Source: Octopus vulgaris (Eukaryota). From it: a stretch of 64,000 nucleotides of DNA. Both the position numbers and the translations under genes were made by a program. The DNA lies in NCBI GenBank assembly GCA_951406725.2, contig OX597814.1:22754001-22818000 (forward strand). The letters run 5' to 3'. Positions 49,945 through 63,781 of this stretch are shown here, one piece after another. Position 1 is the first letter of the stretch; each line of letters begins with the position of its first letter. The notes beneath the pieces were generated by a model. That model ran no database searches, was not told where the DNA came from, and saw only the letters and a program-made list of their open reading frames with translations.

Positions 49945-50998
49945 TAACTTGTGACAAGTAAAAGGCATCCATGTAAAGGGCACCTGTACTGGTGACATGT
50001 AAATGGTACCCATGCTGGTGACATGTAAAAGGCATCCATGCTGGTAACATGTAAAAGGCACCCATGCTGGTGACATGTAAAAAGCATTTGTGCCAGTGAC
50101 ACATAAAAGGCACCCATGCTGGTGACATGTGAAAGGTACCCATGCTGGTGTCATGTGAAAGGTACCCATGCTGGTGACATGTGAAAGGTACCCATGCTGG
50201 TGACATGTAAAAGGTACCCATGCTGGTGACATGTAAAAGGTACCCATGCTGGTGACATGTAAAAGGCACCCATGCTGGTGACATGTAAAAGGTACCCATG
50301 CTGGTGACATGTAAAAGGAACCCATGCTGGTGACATGTAAAAGGTACCCATGCTGGTGACATGTAAAAGGTACCCATGCTGGTGACATGTAAAAGGTACC
50401 CATGCTGGTGACATGTAAAAAGTAACCATGCTGGTGACATGTAAAAGGTACCCATGCTGGTGACATGTAAAAGGTACCCATGCTTGAGACATGTAAAAGG
50501 CACCCATGCTGGTGACATGTAAAAGGTACCCATACTGGTGACATGTAAAAGGCACCCATGCTGGTGACATGTAAAAGGTACCCATGCTGGTGACATGTGA
50601 AAGGTACCCATGCTGGTGACATGTAAAAGGTACCCATGCTGGTGACATGTGAAAGGTACCCATGCTGGTGACATGTAAAAAGTTACCATGCTGGTGACAT
50701 GTAAAAGGTACCCATGCTGGTGACATGTAAAAGGTACCCATGCTTGAGACATGTAAAAGGCACCCATGCTGGTAACATGTAAAAGGTACCCATACTGGTG
50801 ACATGTAAAAGGCACCCGTGCTGGTGACATGTAAAAGGCACCCATGCTGGTGACATGTAAAAGGTACCCATGCTGGTGACATGTAAAAGGTACCCATGCT
50901 GGTGACATGTAAAAAGGAACCCGTGCTGGTGACATGTAAAAAGCATTTGTGCCAGTGACACATAAAAGCACCCACGCTGGTTACATGTAAAAGCACCC
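49945..50998. repeat. 26-bp minisatellite, ~40 units
   Basis: Unit aaaaggtacccatgctggtgacatgt (ggtacc at 50135, 50161, ...); variant units recur at 260-bp spacing. Confidence 0.98.
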
Positions 50999-51159
50999 AC
51001 TACACTCTTGGAGTGATTGGCGTTAGGAAGGGTATTCAGCTGTAAGAAACCAAGCCAAATCAAACTGGAACCTGGTACAACTCTCTAGCCTACCAGTTCC
51101 AGTCAAATTGTTTAATCCATGCCAGCATGGAAAGTGGACACTATATGATGATGATGATG
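49945..51159 (+). mobile_element. Family D retroposon hosting the minisatellite
   Basis: The array runs into aaaagcacccactacactcttggagtgattggcgttaggaagggtattcagc..ccatgccagcatggaaag..(GAT)n. Confidence 0.82.
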
Positions 51160-51409
51160 AAGTTGAAGCGTAGGCTATAAACTCATTTCATGTACATGTT
51201 TTATAATTCATCATTTAATATAATTTTCAAATCCAAATTTCTCTATTATGATTTTGCAAAGGCCTTTAGCATAAAAATATTAATAGAACCTAGTTAAATA
51301 AACTGTTTAAAATTTTTCGTAATACATATATTCAAGGTAGAAAAAATTGTAGCTTAGAGAAAGGGAAAACACTTGTACTACTTGATACACTAAAAGAAAA
51401 TAGAGATCT

Positions 51410-51581
51410 AGTCACAGGTGTACTTGTGTAGTAAGAAGTTTGCTTCCCAATCACATGGATCTGGATTAAGTCCCACTGCATGGTACCTTGCGCAAGCGTC
51501 TTCAACTAAAACCTTAGGCTGACTAAAACTTTGTGAGTGGATTTGGTAGATGGAAGCTGAAAGAAGCCCGTCATATATATG

Positions 51582-51658
<77 letters not shown>

Positions 51659-51866
51659 TTGTGTCTGTGTTTGTCACCCCCAACATCGCTTGACAACTGA
51701 TGCTGGTGTGTTTACGTCCCCGTAACTTAGCGGTTCGGCAAAAGAGACTGATAGAATAAGTACTAGGCTTACAAAGAATAAGTCTTGGAGTCAATTTGCT
51801 CGACTAAAGGCGGTGCTCCAGCATGGCCACAGTCAAAATGACTGAAACAAGTAAAAGAGTAAAAGT
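51410..51866 (+). mobile_element. SINE family A with expanded internal (GT)n
   Basis: Matches 41004; an extra degenerate 3' end follows at 51872-51917. Confidence 0.92.
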
Positions 51867-53071
51867 AAGATAGTGCTCCAGCTTGGTTGCAGTCTAATGA
51901 CTGAAACCAGTTACAGATAGTCAATCAGGACTAGTCTGACAATAAATGGCAACAACTTAAGGGTCATTGTAAACTGTGCATATTTCCATATACATATTCT
52001 GATCACTTAGACATTACACACACTGTGCTCGGTGTTTTATTATCATATTATAACCTATAGAAATCCTGACAACTTTTTTCATTTTTATAAAATGTAAGTT
52101 TTCATATGGCTTTTATCTTTTAAAAATTTCTTTAGAATATCAGACATTTCCCCACTATTATAGACATGAAGGTTTATATCCAAAAAATGCTGGAAAAATA
52201 TTTGGTAGATCAGGGAGGTGACGGTGAGGAGTCTTTCATACAATTTCAATTTGAATAATTCAATGAACAATTTAACTGCTGGAGACAACTGAATCACAAA
52301 TATTCAAAAGTGAGATCGTCTCTAAAGGAAATTGTGTTCTGATATATACATTTATTTTTATTTTGCATATCATGTAGAGAAAGTGCAATGGTAAAAGTGA
52401 GATATTGGAGGTGGAGGGAGAAGCAAGAAAATGAGAGAGAAAGAAAGAAGTAGACAGATAGATAGACAGACAGACTGGCAAATAGACAGATACATAAAAA
52501 AGACAGGCCGGCAGGAAAAGATGATAAAGAGAGCAGGAGGTTGAAAGGTAATGACAAAAAGATTTTACTTGATTTATTTATTGATTCAGAACCACTTTAT
52601 AGATTTTGTATCTTTGTATCATAATATACATATAAATATACATACATACATACATACATACACACATATACATACACACATAGATACAAACATACGTACA
52701 TACATACATACATACATACATACATACATACATACATACATACATACATACATACATACATACATACATGTGTGTAAATGTATATTTGTTATTAACTGGA
52801 GTTTTTGAGGTTGCAGCTTTTTTTTTACCATATGGTTTTCATATAATTCACAGATCTATGTATACAAATGTCTACTCTAGGCTATCAGGTATATAAACTC
52901 ATATTCTAGAATTATTCTTGTAGATAGATTATTATTTTTGTTGATTTATATATTTCATAAAAAAAAAAGAACCCCTTCCAATTTGTCAATTTAGAGAAGT
53001 GTATTTTTGCATTATATTTTGTTATTTGTTAAGAGGTTTTGACAATATTATTTTAGCCTTGTTTACTTCAG

Positions 53072-53121
53072 ATATGAGTCTAGAAATGGAACAAGATAAG
53101 AAAACTGTTTTCTTCATAGAT
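53072..53121 (+). CDS. Candidate 50-nt internal coding exon
   Basis: tttacttcAG|AT ATG AGT CTA GAA ATG GAA CAA GAT AAG AAA ACT GTT TTC TTC ATA GAT|GTATGT gives (D)MSLEMEQDKKTVFFID; the phase-1 start fits the 35962 donor. Confidence 0.5.
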
Positions 53122-53266
53122 GTATGTTCTTGATTTGAAACAAAGCTGATCTGAGATAACAAAATATCTTTGCTAATTTTTTTCTTGATGTACATACAGA
53201 CATATGTACAGGTATGTATGACTAAGTATGTATGTGTTCAATTGTACTAGCATGCTTCTATATATA

Positions 53267-53310
<44 letters not shown>

Positions 53311-53807
53311 CATGTATATATGATATAAACAATTCTGTATATTCTAATTTGTTGTATTTAGTATTTAGTTTTGGATTCTTGGCTGTCTCTTATGTAAAAA
53401 AAAATACTCCCTACATCATCATCATCATCATCACAGGCAGCAGTATCGGAAGTAGCCATCATTTCTGTGAGCTTGGATTCTTACTACAAATTCTTATAAC
53501 ACTGCCAAACGTCCAGGCTAATTTTGAGTTAGGTTTCTGCAGACTTAAATATAGGTATCAAAAAATGTTGAAGCATATGTTTGGAAAGGAGTAATTTTTT
53601 TTTTTTCCTTTTTGAACAGATGTAGAGACAGAAGTAGCATTTTAAGATTACAATCCATTATCAGTTGACTTTAAAATATTTCCAACCAATGATCAGGCAT
53701 AGGCTTGGCTGTGCGTTAGCATGCTTCACAACGATTTGGTTTTAGGTTCAGTCCCCTTGTGAATATAATTCAAGAAACAGAAACTGTATGAAAACTGCAT
53801 GTATTGT

Positions 53808-54043
53808 AAGGTGGCGAGCTGGCAGAAACATTAGCACGCTGAGCAAAATGCTTAGCAGTATTTCATCTGCCGTTACGTTCTGAGTTCAAATTCCGCCGAG
53901 GTCGACTTTTGCCTTTCATCCTTTCAGGGTCAATAAATTAAGTACCAGTTACACACTGGGGTCGATGTAATCGACGTAAACCCTTTGTCTGTCCTTGTTT
54001 GTCCCCTCTATGTTTAGCTCCTTGTGGGCAATAAAGAAATAAG
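53808..54043 (+). mobile_element. SINE family B (CpG-decayed)
   Basis: Matches 6995; agaaactgtatgaaaac is repeated on both flanks. Confidence 0.92.
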
Positions 54044-55371
54044 AAACTGTATGAAAACCCATTATGTATATCCTCATCCTCATCCTCCTCATCATCATCA
54101 TCATCTTATGTCTATTGTCCATGCTGTTATAGTTTGGGGATTCGACATGATCCAATCAATTGAAGAACTACGTCTTGCTTGAATGCTTCATTGTTGGTAT
54201 GATTTCTATAGTTTGATACCCTTCTTAGCACCAATCACTTTACAGAGTGTACTGGGTGCATTTTATTTATTTATTTATTTTTTTTGCTGCACCATCACTA
54301 TAGAGGTTACCTTACCATTAGCAAAATTGAACAGCACTCCACTCAAGCCATGTGTTGTTGCTGCGCAAGTCAATTATCAACCACTTACAAAGAGTATTGG
54401 ATGCTTTTGGCTGTACTATTACAGTTGGGGTTGCCTTGATGGATGGAGCAGATTTATTATTGTGAGAAGATGGTATTGTGAGATTATAAGGATGATGATG
54501 ACTGAGATACTTGCTCAATCCGCTACATTAACTACTCAATCAATATCCATTTCCTGTTGTTCTTTAATATTAAATCTTATTGGACCAGTAAGATCAACAG
54601 TTTTCTAAATGAGCCAATAAAGGAACTTCATGTGACTTCCTAGAAATTGCAACCTCACCTAATCTTGAAAAAGGAAGGACACAATAGATGATATAGTCTA
54701 TCTACATTACCTGAAAATAAATGGGATGGTCATAGTGGGAACATTGATTATAAGACTGCTTAATCAAGATGACCTGGAAGTAAACAAGAATAGCAACGAT
54801 ATGATTAATTGCAAATGTCTGTGGGAGAAATAAAGTTTGGAAAATATCCAAGGGTTTTGATATGAACATTGATCAATCAACCTGTCTACCAATCAATATT
54901 ATTCCCCTCAATCAGTTATGATAACTAGTTAAGTCATTAAATTTACTACATCATATGTATCTATTAATGGGTAATTATTTGAATTAGCTTCGCTTTTCCA
55001 AACTATAGCATTGGTTAACATTGAATTCAATATTGCAAGTTGATGGAACATTCATCAACTCTACTGATTGTTCTTAACCTGCTAACTTACAGAACCAAGG
55101 AGAAAAACTCTATGACGTCACTTGACCTAAAGAAAAATAGCAGTCAAATATCCCTTAAATCACTGCCTAACATCTTAAAATGATAGATAAGGTGGTCATA
55201 GATGTATAAAATGATATGGAAGTCAAAATTGGATTATGCATGATCATAGGTTTGTTCAATTAGAGCTGACTTGAACTGAAAAAAGAATAACAACAAATCA
55301 GAGGCTAGAATTTGCTTGTAGTACTTTATATATCAAGGAAGATATACACAGAAGAGATAGAGTGTCTAGAG

Positions 55372-56053
55372 CAGTGATTCTCAACTATTTTTACCTATGG
55401 ACTCCTTTGGTTCCTGTTTTAACTTAGATGAACCTTCATTGCCATTCAATGTTTAAAACAATCTTATTATATTTTCATAATTAAATATTATAGGTGTAGG
55501 AGTGGATGTGTGGTAAGTAGCCTGCTTACCAACCACATGGTTCTGGGTTCAGTCCCACTGCATGGCACCTTGGGCAAGTGTCTTCTACTATAGCTTCGGG
55601 CCGACCAAAGCCTCGTGAGTGGATTTGGTAGACGGAAACTGAAAGAAGCCCGTCGTAGATATGTATATATATATATATGTATGTATGTGTGTGTTTGTGT
55701 GTCTATGCTTGTCCCCCCCCAACATCATTTGACAACCGATGCTGGTGTGTTTACGTCCCCGTAACTTAGTGGTTTGGCAAAAAGAGACCAATAGAATAAG
55801 TACTAGGCTAACAAAGAATAAGTCCTGGGGTGAATTTGATTGACTAAAGGCGGTGCTGCAGCATGGCCACAGTCAAATGACTGAAACAAGTAAAAAGAGG
55901 AAATTGTATAAAAACTTTTTAAAATGATACTGTCTATTGTAGAAGCATAAGCAATTTATTACACATAAAGTGTTTAACAACAAAACCTTATATAGATCTC
56001 TAAGAGCCATAGGGACACCTAGGGGTCATACAGACCTTTGTTGAGAACCCCTG
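55372..56053. mobile_element. hAT (Charlie-type) MITE with nested SINE
   Basis: TIRs cagtgattctcaac / gttgagaacccctg; 8-bp TSD gtctagag / gtctagat (NTCTAGAN). Confidence 0.88.
55492..55899 (+). mobile_element. SINE family A nested in the hAT MITE
   Basis: Full-length match to 41004. Confidence 0.93.
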
Positions 56054-57687
56054 GTCTAGATCATAGAGATGGAATACTTATGACCTTTTAAAAGAAGGAC
56101 AACATTATACTGGAATATATTTTTGCTGATTCAATTTTATTTAAAGACTATCTTTTTAATTCATTGGGAATTTTAAAAAAAACATCTATTTATATCTCTT
56201 TACCTACATTTAGTTACTTTGTTAAAGAAATTACAATCATGTTTAAAAAATAATTCCAAAGAAATGTTTGAAATGTTTTTAAAATGTTTGAAAACTTTAA
56301 AAAAGTTTTCTTAAGAATGCTTATTCAGAAATATTACATTAAAAACATTTATGGTTTTATGTATAAATATATCTTATAAAATAAGTTTAATAGTAGCAAT
56401 ATGTTTTGAAATCCTATTTTGTCAATTCAATGCAGTCTTCCAACATAAAAAAGATCCTCACCACTGATCTAAATCTTAGACTCAGTGCAGAACCACTAAT
56501 TAAAAATTAGGCTAACATAGAGAGATCTTATTTATACAGTCTAGTAGCCACACAATAATTTGAAGAGTTCTTGTATTTGTTGGACTTTCTTCTTCATATA
56601 TAAGTATCATGGTCATTGATAAAATACAGCTGTGTCAGAAAGATATAAACTGATTACATTTTTTGCCAGTAGGCTGTCATTCTGTTGGTGGTGTCAGCTG
56701 CAAGTCTCCGGACAAGAATTTATTAAGAGACAAATGTTGCAATAAATCACTCAGAGCTCCTGTTATTGAACAATTTTATCGTTCATTTGAATTTCTTCCA
56801 GACCGTTTCAATATGATAACTCATAACTACAGAACTATAAAAGTTCAACAAGTTTCTTTGCAGCACTTTGAGATGTCCAACACTTCTTATAGGATTTCTT
56901 TATAGTTTGAGGGAAAAAAAACAATTGTTTAACTTGAGAGACCTAATTTTATTCAGAGAATCATCAGAAGAGTTATTACCATAAATACTTCACTACAAAA
57001 TCTAGTGATCTAGCCTTTGATGTGACAGTTGTAATAATAGATTTTATTTCTAGTTGATGTAATTGATGGTATTTAGTCCCCAAAATTCTAAGGTTGATGG
57101 CATTCCAAGAATACCCTTTCTGTAATTTTTTTAGGCACTGTATGCCTTGGAATATATTATCTAATATATTTTCCATTTTTCAGATAACAAAGTGTTATCT
57201 GAAAATTTGGCTGTTATTCCTCAGAGGATGAGTGACCAGTAGAATTCCACCATTAATTCAAGTGTACTGACTAAAACAGGCAGCTACAGTTTCAATCTCT
57301 ACCACTTGTATCAATATTCTAATAAAATATAAATCACTTATATTAAAATACTAATGAGTTAAAATCCTTAACCTAGGGAGTATATAAGTACACATCAAGA
57401 CACTCAAATTCCTTCCATCAGCTCCCTTTAAATTTTCCCCTATCTTACATCTTGTCCATTCCTTGATAATACTCAACCATACTCTACATGGTTTTCTTAT
57501 TCTTTTCCAGAGAATTGTTCAATAGTGTTATGATGACATGTTCCATGATCAAACAATATAATTTTCTATATTTTTATTATTAACACAAGAGTTTTGTGGT
57601 TCACAGTTTTCCCAAGAACTCTTTCTCTAATATTTCCATTAATTTTATGTTCTGTACATGGAATGTGAAATATCTTTCTGTGACATA

Positions 57688-58230
57688 TCATCATCATCAT
57701 CATCATCGTTTAACATCCGCTTTCCATGCTAGCATCAGTTGGACAATTTGACTGAGGGCTGGTGGACCAGATGGCTGCACCAGCTTCCAATCTTGATCTG
57801 GCAGAGTTTCTACAGCTGGATGCCCTTCCTAACGCCAACCACTCCGAGAGTGTAGTGGGTGCCTTTTTACATGCCACAGGCATGGGGGCCAGTCAGGTGG
57901 TACTGGCAATGACCTTGCTTGAATCTTTTTACACATGCCACTGGTACAGATGCCAGTAAGGCAACACTGGTAATGATCACGCTCGAATGGTGTCTTTTAC
58001 GTGCCACTGGCATGGAAGCCAGTTAGCCGCTCTGGCAACGATTATGCTCGGATGGTGCTCTTAGCACCCTACTAGCACGGGGCACAAATGCCAGTAAGGC
58101 GACGCTGGTAACAATCACATTTGAATGTTGCCTTTTATGTGCCACTGGCATAGAAGCTGGTTAGCCGTTCTGTCAACGATCACACTTGTATGGTGCTCTT
58201 TGCACCCCGCTACCACGGATACCAGTCATC
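57688..58230 (-). mobile_element. Family D retroposon with internal ~138-bp tandem duplication
   Basis: (CAT)n tail, ccgctttccatgctagcat, gctggatgcccttcctaacgccaacc; tgccagtaaggc at 57951 and 58089. Confidence 0.85.
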
Positions 58231-59076
58231 AAATTTGGTTTTGATTTCTCTTTCAAATATCATGGTCTTTTTCTCACTTTCAGCATCTAACATCCATGGT
58301 AGCACTGGTACTTATTTTATGGTTTGGAAAGTGTAAAAAGTTAAGCTGACATTTTATATCAGATTATTAAGGAACCAAATCTGGCCTGTAGTTGATAGCT
58401 TCAGGTTAAAGATATCAGTTTCTTTCAGATAATCAACTCAGTTTCTAAGATATCCTTTGTTATAGAAGTATATACTGGATGAATCTTGTTGTTCAAGAAT
58501 TTCAGCAAATAAAAAGTGTTGTAATAGTAAGATTTATGTGAAATCAATAATAATATTATATCTTTAATCTAGTGTTGGAGATAGATTTGGTTGCCAGACC
58601 TGTGTCTACACTAAGGTCATTGTTTAAGAAGATCAAATGGAGACTGTTGGGAGTCACAAAGGAATAGTTCTAATAGTAGAATTACCAGTATTGATGGGTC
58701 CATTGTACAGCAGAAATAGACAACCTTAATTTAGCCAGGGAACTCATTTTTTAAAAATTTCTAGCATTACTTTATTGTGGACAGTTATAATTGAGGAGTG
58801 CTGTTAACAAAGCTAAGAGATAGAGCACTTAATTATTTATTTTATATCACTGTTGGGGAACAAGAGAATCATAGGTTTCTAAAGAGTTGATCATTGGTTC
58901 ATTGTATTGAGGATGGAGTGTTTGTAACTCAGTACTGAACAACCACCACAGGGAACTTTATTTGAAAAGCACCAGCTTTTATCGTTCTTGCTTTTTTATA
59001 ATTTTTGCTGATATTCACATACTTCACTGACATACTGCAGTAAAAGATATATGCATAAACACAGTCAAACATACAT

Positions 59077-59417
59077 AGATGCAGGAGTGGTTGTGTGGTA
59101 AGTAGCTTGCTTGCCAACCACATGGTTCTGGGTTCAGTCCCACTGCCTGGCACCTTGTGAGTGGATTTGGTAGATGGAAACATATATGTTTGTGTGTGTA
59201 TGTATGTTTGTATGTCTGTATTTGTCCTCTCACCATCACTTGACAACCGATGTTGATGTGTTTACATCCCCGTAACTTCCCATAACTTAGCGGTTCAGCA
59301 AAAGACTGATAGGATAAGTATTAGTCTTACAAAGAATAAGTCCTGGGGTTGATTTGTTTGACTAAAGGCAGTGCTCCAGTATGGCCACAGTCAAATGACT
59401 GAAACAAATAAAAGAAT
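59077..59417 (+). mobile_element. SINE family A with internal deletions
   Basis: Head, body and tail match 41004. Confidence 0.9.
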
Positions 59418-60559
59418 ATATGTATGCATACATAAATACATATATATGTATCCTCATATACATTGGGCACAGTTTCCAATTACCAGATTCCTCTCAGAAT
59501 AGAAAACACTTGCTTAAGATACTGCAGATTTGGATCAAATATGGAACCATGTAATTGTTAAATATGCTTCTTAATCACACACCCATACCTGCACTGAAAG
59601 CTTTCATTGTTCTTTGCTGATTATATAATGAATTTTGCTCTCTAGTGATGTAGTTAAGTTTACATATTTTCAATTTGTATAAATAATTTGATTTCAATCT
59701 ATATAAATAATAATTCAATTTATGCGAAAAATAATTCCTATCAGATTTTCTAGCTTCAAATCATTTCATGTGATGAAGTAATAAAGAATGGAGCGAAAAA
59801 AAATATCTGTGATTTTTACTTTACTTTCTTGAAAATAATTTATATTTATATTTTATTTTTGTTTTTGCTGTTTTATATCAGTTTTTTCATGTATTTTTTG
59901 GGTGGAGTGGCTGTTATTGCTGTTTATTTCAGGTTAGCCCTGTGACCATATATGGTGGTCTGGTATTTATGAGTTCATTTCCTTACTATCACTGACAACA
60001 CGAGCCAGTGAAAGAGCTTTTGAGCAGTGATTGCATCTGATGAAAATTGCAAATTGCAATCAAAATTCACTCAGATCACAGTTTAACTTAAAACACATGT
60101 GCACATGCACACACACACACACACAATCATTGGCACAGAGAACTATGTAGTCCCATGTCTGGTTAAATCATCTCATTTTAAGCAAAAGTTTAATGTTTTG
60201 AATATTCATCCTTGCTTTTGTTTGGTTGAATTCAGAATTATTCAACAGCATTTACCTCACCTTGATACAAGTATAATTTTGATTAATTAAAATTATTGTG
60301 CTTGCCACATCGAGTTTATGTTTAATTAACTATTTTTATTGTGGTCAAACTAAAGTATACAGTGACATATTACTGTAATAATATAGTTTAATTTCATGAT
60401 CATGTAATGTATCAGCAATACTTTACATCTATTATCTTCTTAATAATTTACCTTAATCAAATTTCTTATCAATAATTTTGCCGTTGTTTTGATACTCTAT
60501 ATATAATTTAGCACATTAGTGATAAGGTGTAACAAGCAGTAGCTCTTTATAATGATCTC

Positions 60560-60745
60560 AAATTTTGACATAAAGCCAGCAATTCCTGGGGGAGGGGTAA
60601 GTCAATTATATCGATCCCAGTGCTCAACTGGTACTTATTTTATCGACCCTGATTGGATGAAAGTCAAAGTCAACCTTGGCAGAAATTGAACTCAGAATAT
60701 GAAGACAAACAATATCCCACTAAACGTTTTGCCTCACCACCTTAA
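60560..60745 (-). mobile_element. SINE family B, degenerate
   Basis: ctggtacttattttatcgaccc..ggatgaaagtcaaagtcaacc..ttgaactcagaa. Confidence 0.75.
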
Positions 60746-62014
60746 TAGCACTTTATAATGAGAGACACAGATAGAAAGACAGGCAGATCAATGGACAGAA
60801 AGATAGCCAGACTGGTAGGTAAAAAGTTATGTGTTGTGGTAACTGGATGTGCTATGCAGTGGTATTGGCAGTGAAAATAATGACAGTGATATTGCCCTAA
60901 ACATGTTTGTATGAACAGGTAACCCCCTAAATTAACCCATGTTTTTTAGCAACAAACATATAACATTAGTGAAATTTATACAAATTAGTTGATGTTACTA
61001 TATATGAATGCATTATTTATGAAATTTAAATATTCTTATTTTCATTAAAACATGACTAACCATTTCATAACTGAATGATTTTTCATAGTTTTAGTTAATG
61101 TTTGGCAAATCATGTTGAAAATATCGAAAGAAATAAAGCAAAAGACAAACTTTTAATTCCACTGAGAGCTTTTCAGAGTATTATTAATGTTGTTGCACAT
61201 GGCAAAACGAATAGTACTCTTAATAAGTAAGTGAAATTTCCATAAAAAAAAATAACAGTCTACTTCCAACTGACTAATATGATGTATATCTAGCAGGTGT
61301 CTCACAATTATATGTTCAAGTGCTTGTTGTGTGTTTCCCTGAATTGAATCCATGTATACAGAATTATTGATTAACTAAAGGTGAATACAGATGTTTGAAG
61401 CTCTTTCATTAAAGAATCAATTTACTTACAGCTGGAATTATTGCTTTGATTTCATTTATGGTCCAACTCACACAGAAAGGTATAAAAAAATGTTTGATAC
61501 TGTAATTATGTTTGCTTTAAAAATCATAAGCCTATAATCATAAATGAAAACCACAACAAAAAAGAACAGAAAAGAAAACAGCTACTAAATAAAATATTAT
61601 TGCTATTTCTAAAAATTAAATTCAACTTTTAGCATAAACTTTCAAAAATTAAATTTATAAATCAAGATCTATCGAAATATGTTTTATGAAAAGTCCATTG
61701 CTTCTGCATTTCAGGAATAATTATTTTTTAATTGCATAAAGAATGGTTATTTATGTGAAAGTCATATTTGAAGCAGGAGTTTGTTCTTTATTTAAATTGT
61801 ATGTTATTGATATTTTTGGTGTCAGTGTTGCTTAACTTGAGGTCAGCAGATCTTTGATTAAGAATATGAAGGATTACACTGCTCAATATATCTTTGTTTT
61901 ATAAGTAAAGAGTGGGGAAGGGAGATGGAATATAAATGCTATTTATAGCAGATCAAAGAGTTACGTACAGATTTTCTTATTGACATGGGGATCCCCCAGG
62001 GTAAGTTACATCAC

Positions 62015-62362
62015 TTACTCAGGCTGTTTCATTGATTCAGACTACCTAATTGATTCTTAAGTCTGATGGCTTAGGCCAGCTACTTCATTGACTCCTACTA
62101 CTTCACTGAGTTTGGCTACTTCATTAACTTCGGCTGCTTCCTTGACTTAGGTTCCTATGATGGCTCAAGCTACCTCACTAAGTCAGGCTACTTCATTGGC
62201 TCAGGTTCCCTTCATGACTCAGGCTATTCCATTTACTTGAGCTCTCTTGGTAGCTCAGACTACCTCATTGACTCAGGATCCCTTAGTGGTTGAGATTAGC
62301 TCATTGACTCATGCTCTTTCATTGATCCAGAATGTTATTAACTTAGGATACCTCAGTGCCTC
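62015..62362. repeat. Diverged 18-bp minisatellite, ~19 units
   Basis: Consensus ggctacttcattgactca, with interspersed ggttccctt.. variant units. Confidence 0.8.
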
Positions 62363-62672
62363 AATTATTTGAATATATTAGGTACTGATAAAATATTCAA
62401 ATATTTGCACTCATATTCAAAATCTATAATTTTTCTAATGTTCTCATAAAATGACAGTCCATTAATAATTCTAAACTCTGGTGGTGTTATCTATAAATTG
62501 ATCAAATTTTGGAAATTATATTTTTAATTTTGTAGAGTAGATAAGTTTGAGCTAATGACTTTTGGAGAATCTTTGAAATTAGTATGGTCATGGTAGTTAA
62601 TGCCATTGATTTTCAGCCAGAATTTGTATAGTTTGGTGCTCATGAAATGCCTGGTCATGAAGCAGAAAGGGA

Positions 62673-63781
62673 GGATATGTAAACTTGTGAAAATACAGTA
62701 TGATACCAGCTTGTTCGTTACACTGACAACAAATAGAAATCTATCCACAAACAGCAATGACACTAAAATATGGCAAGAACCCAGCAGGTTGATGTTTATT
62801 TAGAATTCCTGAAATCAAATAGTTATAACTGCAAATATATTCGGGAAGCTGCAGAAAAACTATGGAAAAGCCCCACAAATTAATCCAGTTAACAGTTATC
62901 ACTGTTATGCTGGAGGGAAAAATTTCACAAGACTGTAGTCCTGGGAAAGGGTAAGGTGGTTAGTGCGGTGCTTCATAAAATGAATTAGTAGTGATGAGAT
63001 GAGGAGTGACAAATACATCAGGTAAGATGATTGGATATGGTAGACAGTCTGTTTATTCAGAAGAACAGAAGCTTCTTGTGGCAATAGTAAAAAGAAGCAG
63101 AGATACAGGAAACAATGCCTCTGAGAGTCAGCGTTTGTAATGTATTGGTGAGCAAATTGCTGCCAATTGGTAAAGTTTTTATTTCTTTTATTGATATAGT
63201 CAGTGATATTAATGTGTCAGTAGTGCTACTCAAATATAAATATTTATTAATTTCCATTTATCCCACCAGAATTATTTACAAGATCATTAAGTTTGGAGGC
63301 ATGATTCTATGAATCATTTGTTTCCAAACAACACACTGCTTTAACATGACAGAATCCTTATAAGAGATGACAGTATTTCCAGTTGATAAATGAATTAGTA
63401 GTGAAGTGGAAGTGGTTTATCCTAAGGCATGTGTTTGTGCAAGTATTTAGCTGTACTATTTAGCAGCCAAAATTATAATGAAGTAATGATTAAATGTAGA
63501 AGAACATTTTCTATAATCTGTGTGTCTTTAAATATATCCAGCTGGATGTGTAAATTTATCAGAAAACAGTATGCTACCAGTTTCTTCATTATGCCCACAA
63601 TAAATAGAAACCTATCCACAAACAAACATTGTTGCTATAATATGGCAAGAACCCAGCTGGCTAATGTGTGTTTAGAATTCTTGGTAGTTATAACTATCAA
63701 CATAAGAAGGAAGATAACGAAAAACATTTCCCAGTTTTGGAAGATCCCCAAAATTAATCAAGTTAACAATTATGTTATGTT
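62673..63781. repeat. Diverged ~240-bp direct repeat pair (62673-62910 and 63544-63781)
   Basis: Shared aaatagaaa(t/c)ctatccacaaaca, aatatggcaagaacccagc, tttagaattc, aaattaatc(c/a)agttaaca. Confidence 0.8.

Noticed and set aside
49945-50998. CRISPR-like regular repeat array
   Set aside because: Units are head-to-tail with no unique spacers, there are no cas genes, and the context is eukaryotic; the same applies to 24876-25265
49907-51063. Longest ORFs in the track (354, 281, 236 and 126 aa)
   Set aside because: They are translations of the 26-bp minisatellite, open in all three minus frames, not a gene
56560-57180. Possible Penelope RT-thumb / GIY-YIG relic on the minus strand (LQKGYS.., DTYI)
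   Set aside because: Motifs are too degraded to support a call without a search
61971-62000. 30-nt mini-exon before a strong GTAAGT donor
   Set aside because: The acceptor lacks a polypyrimidine tract and lies in what looks like a decayed repeat
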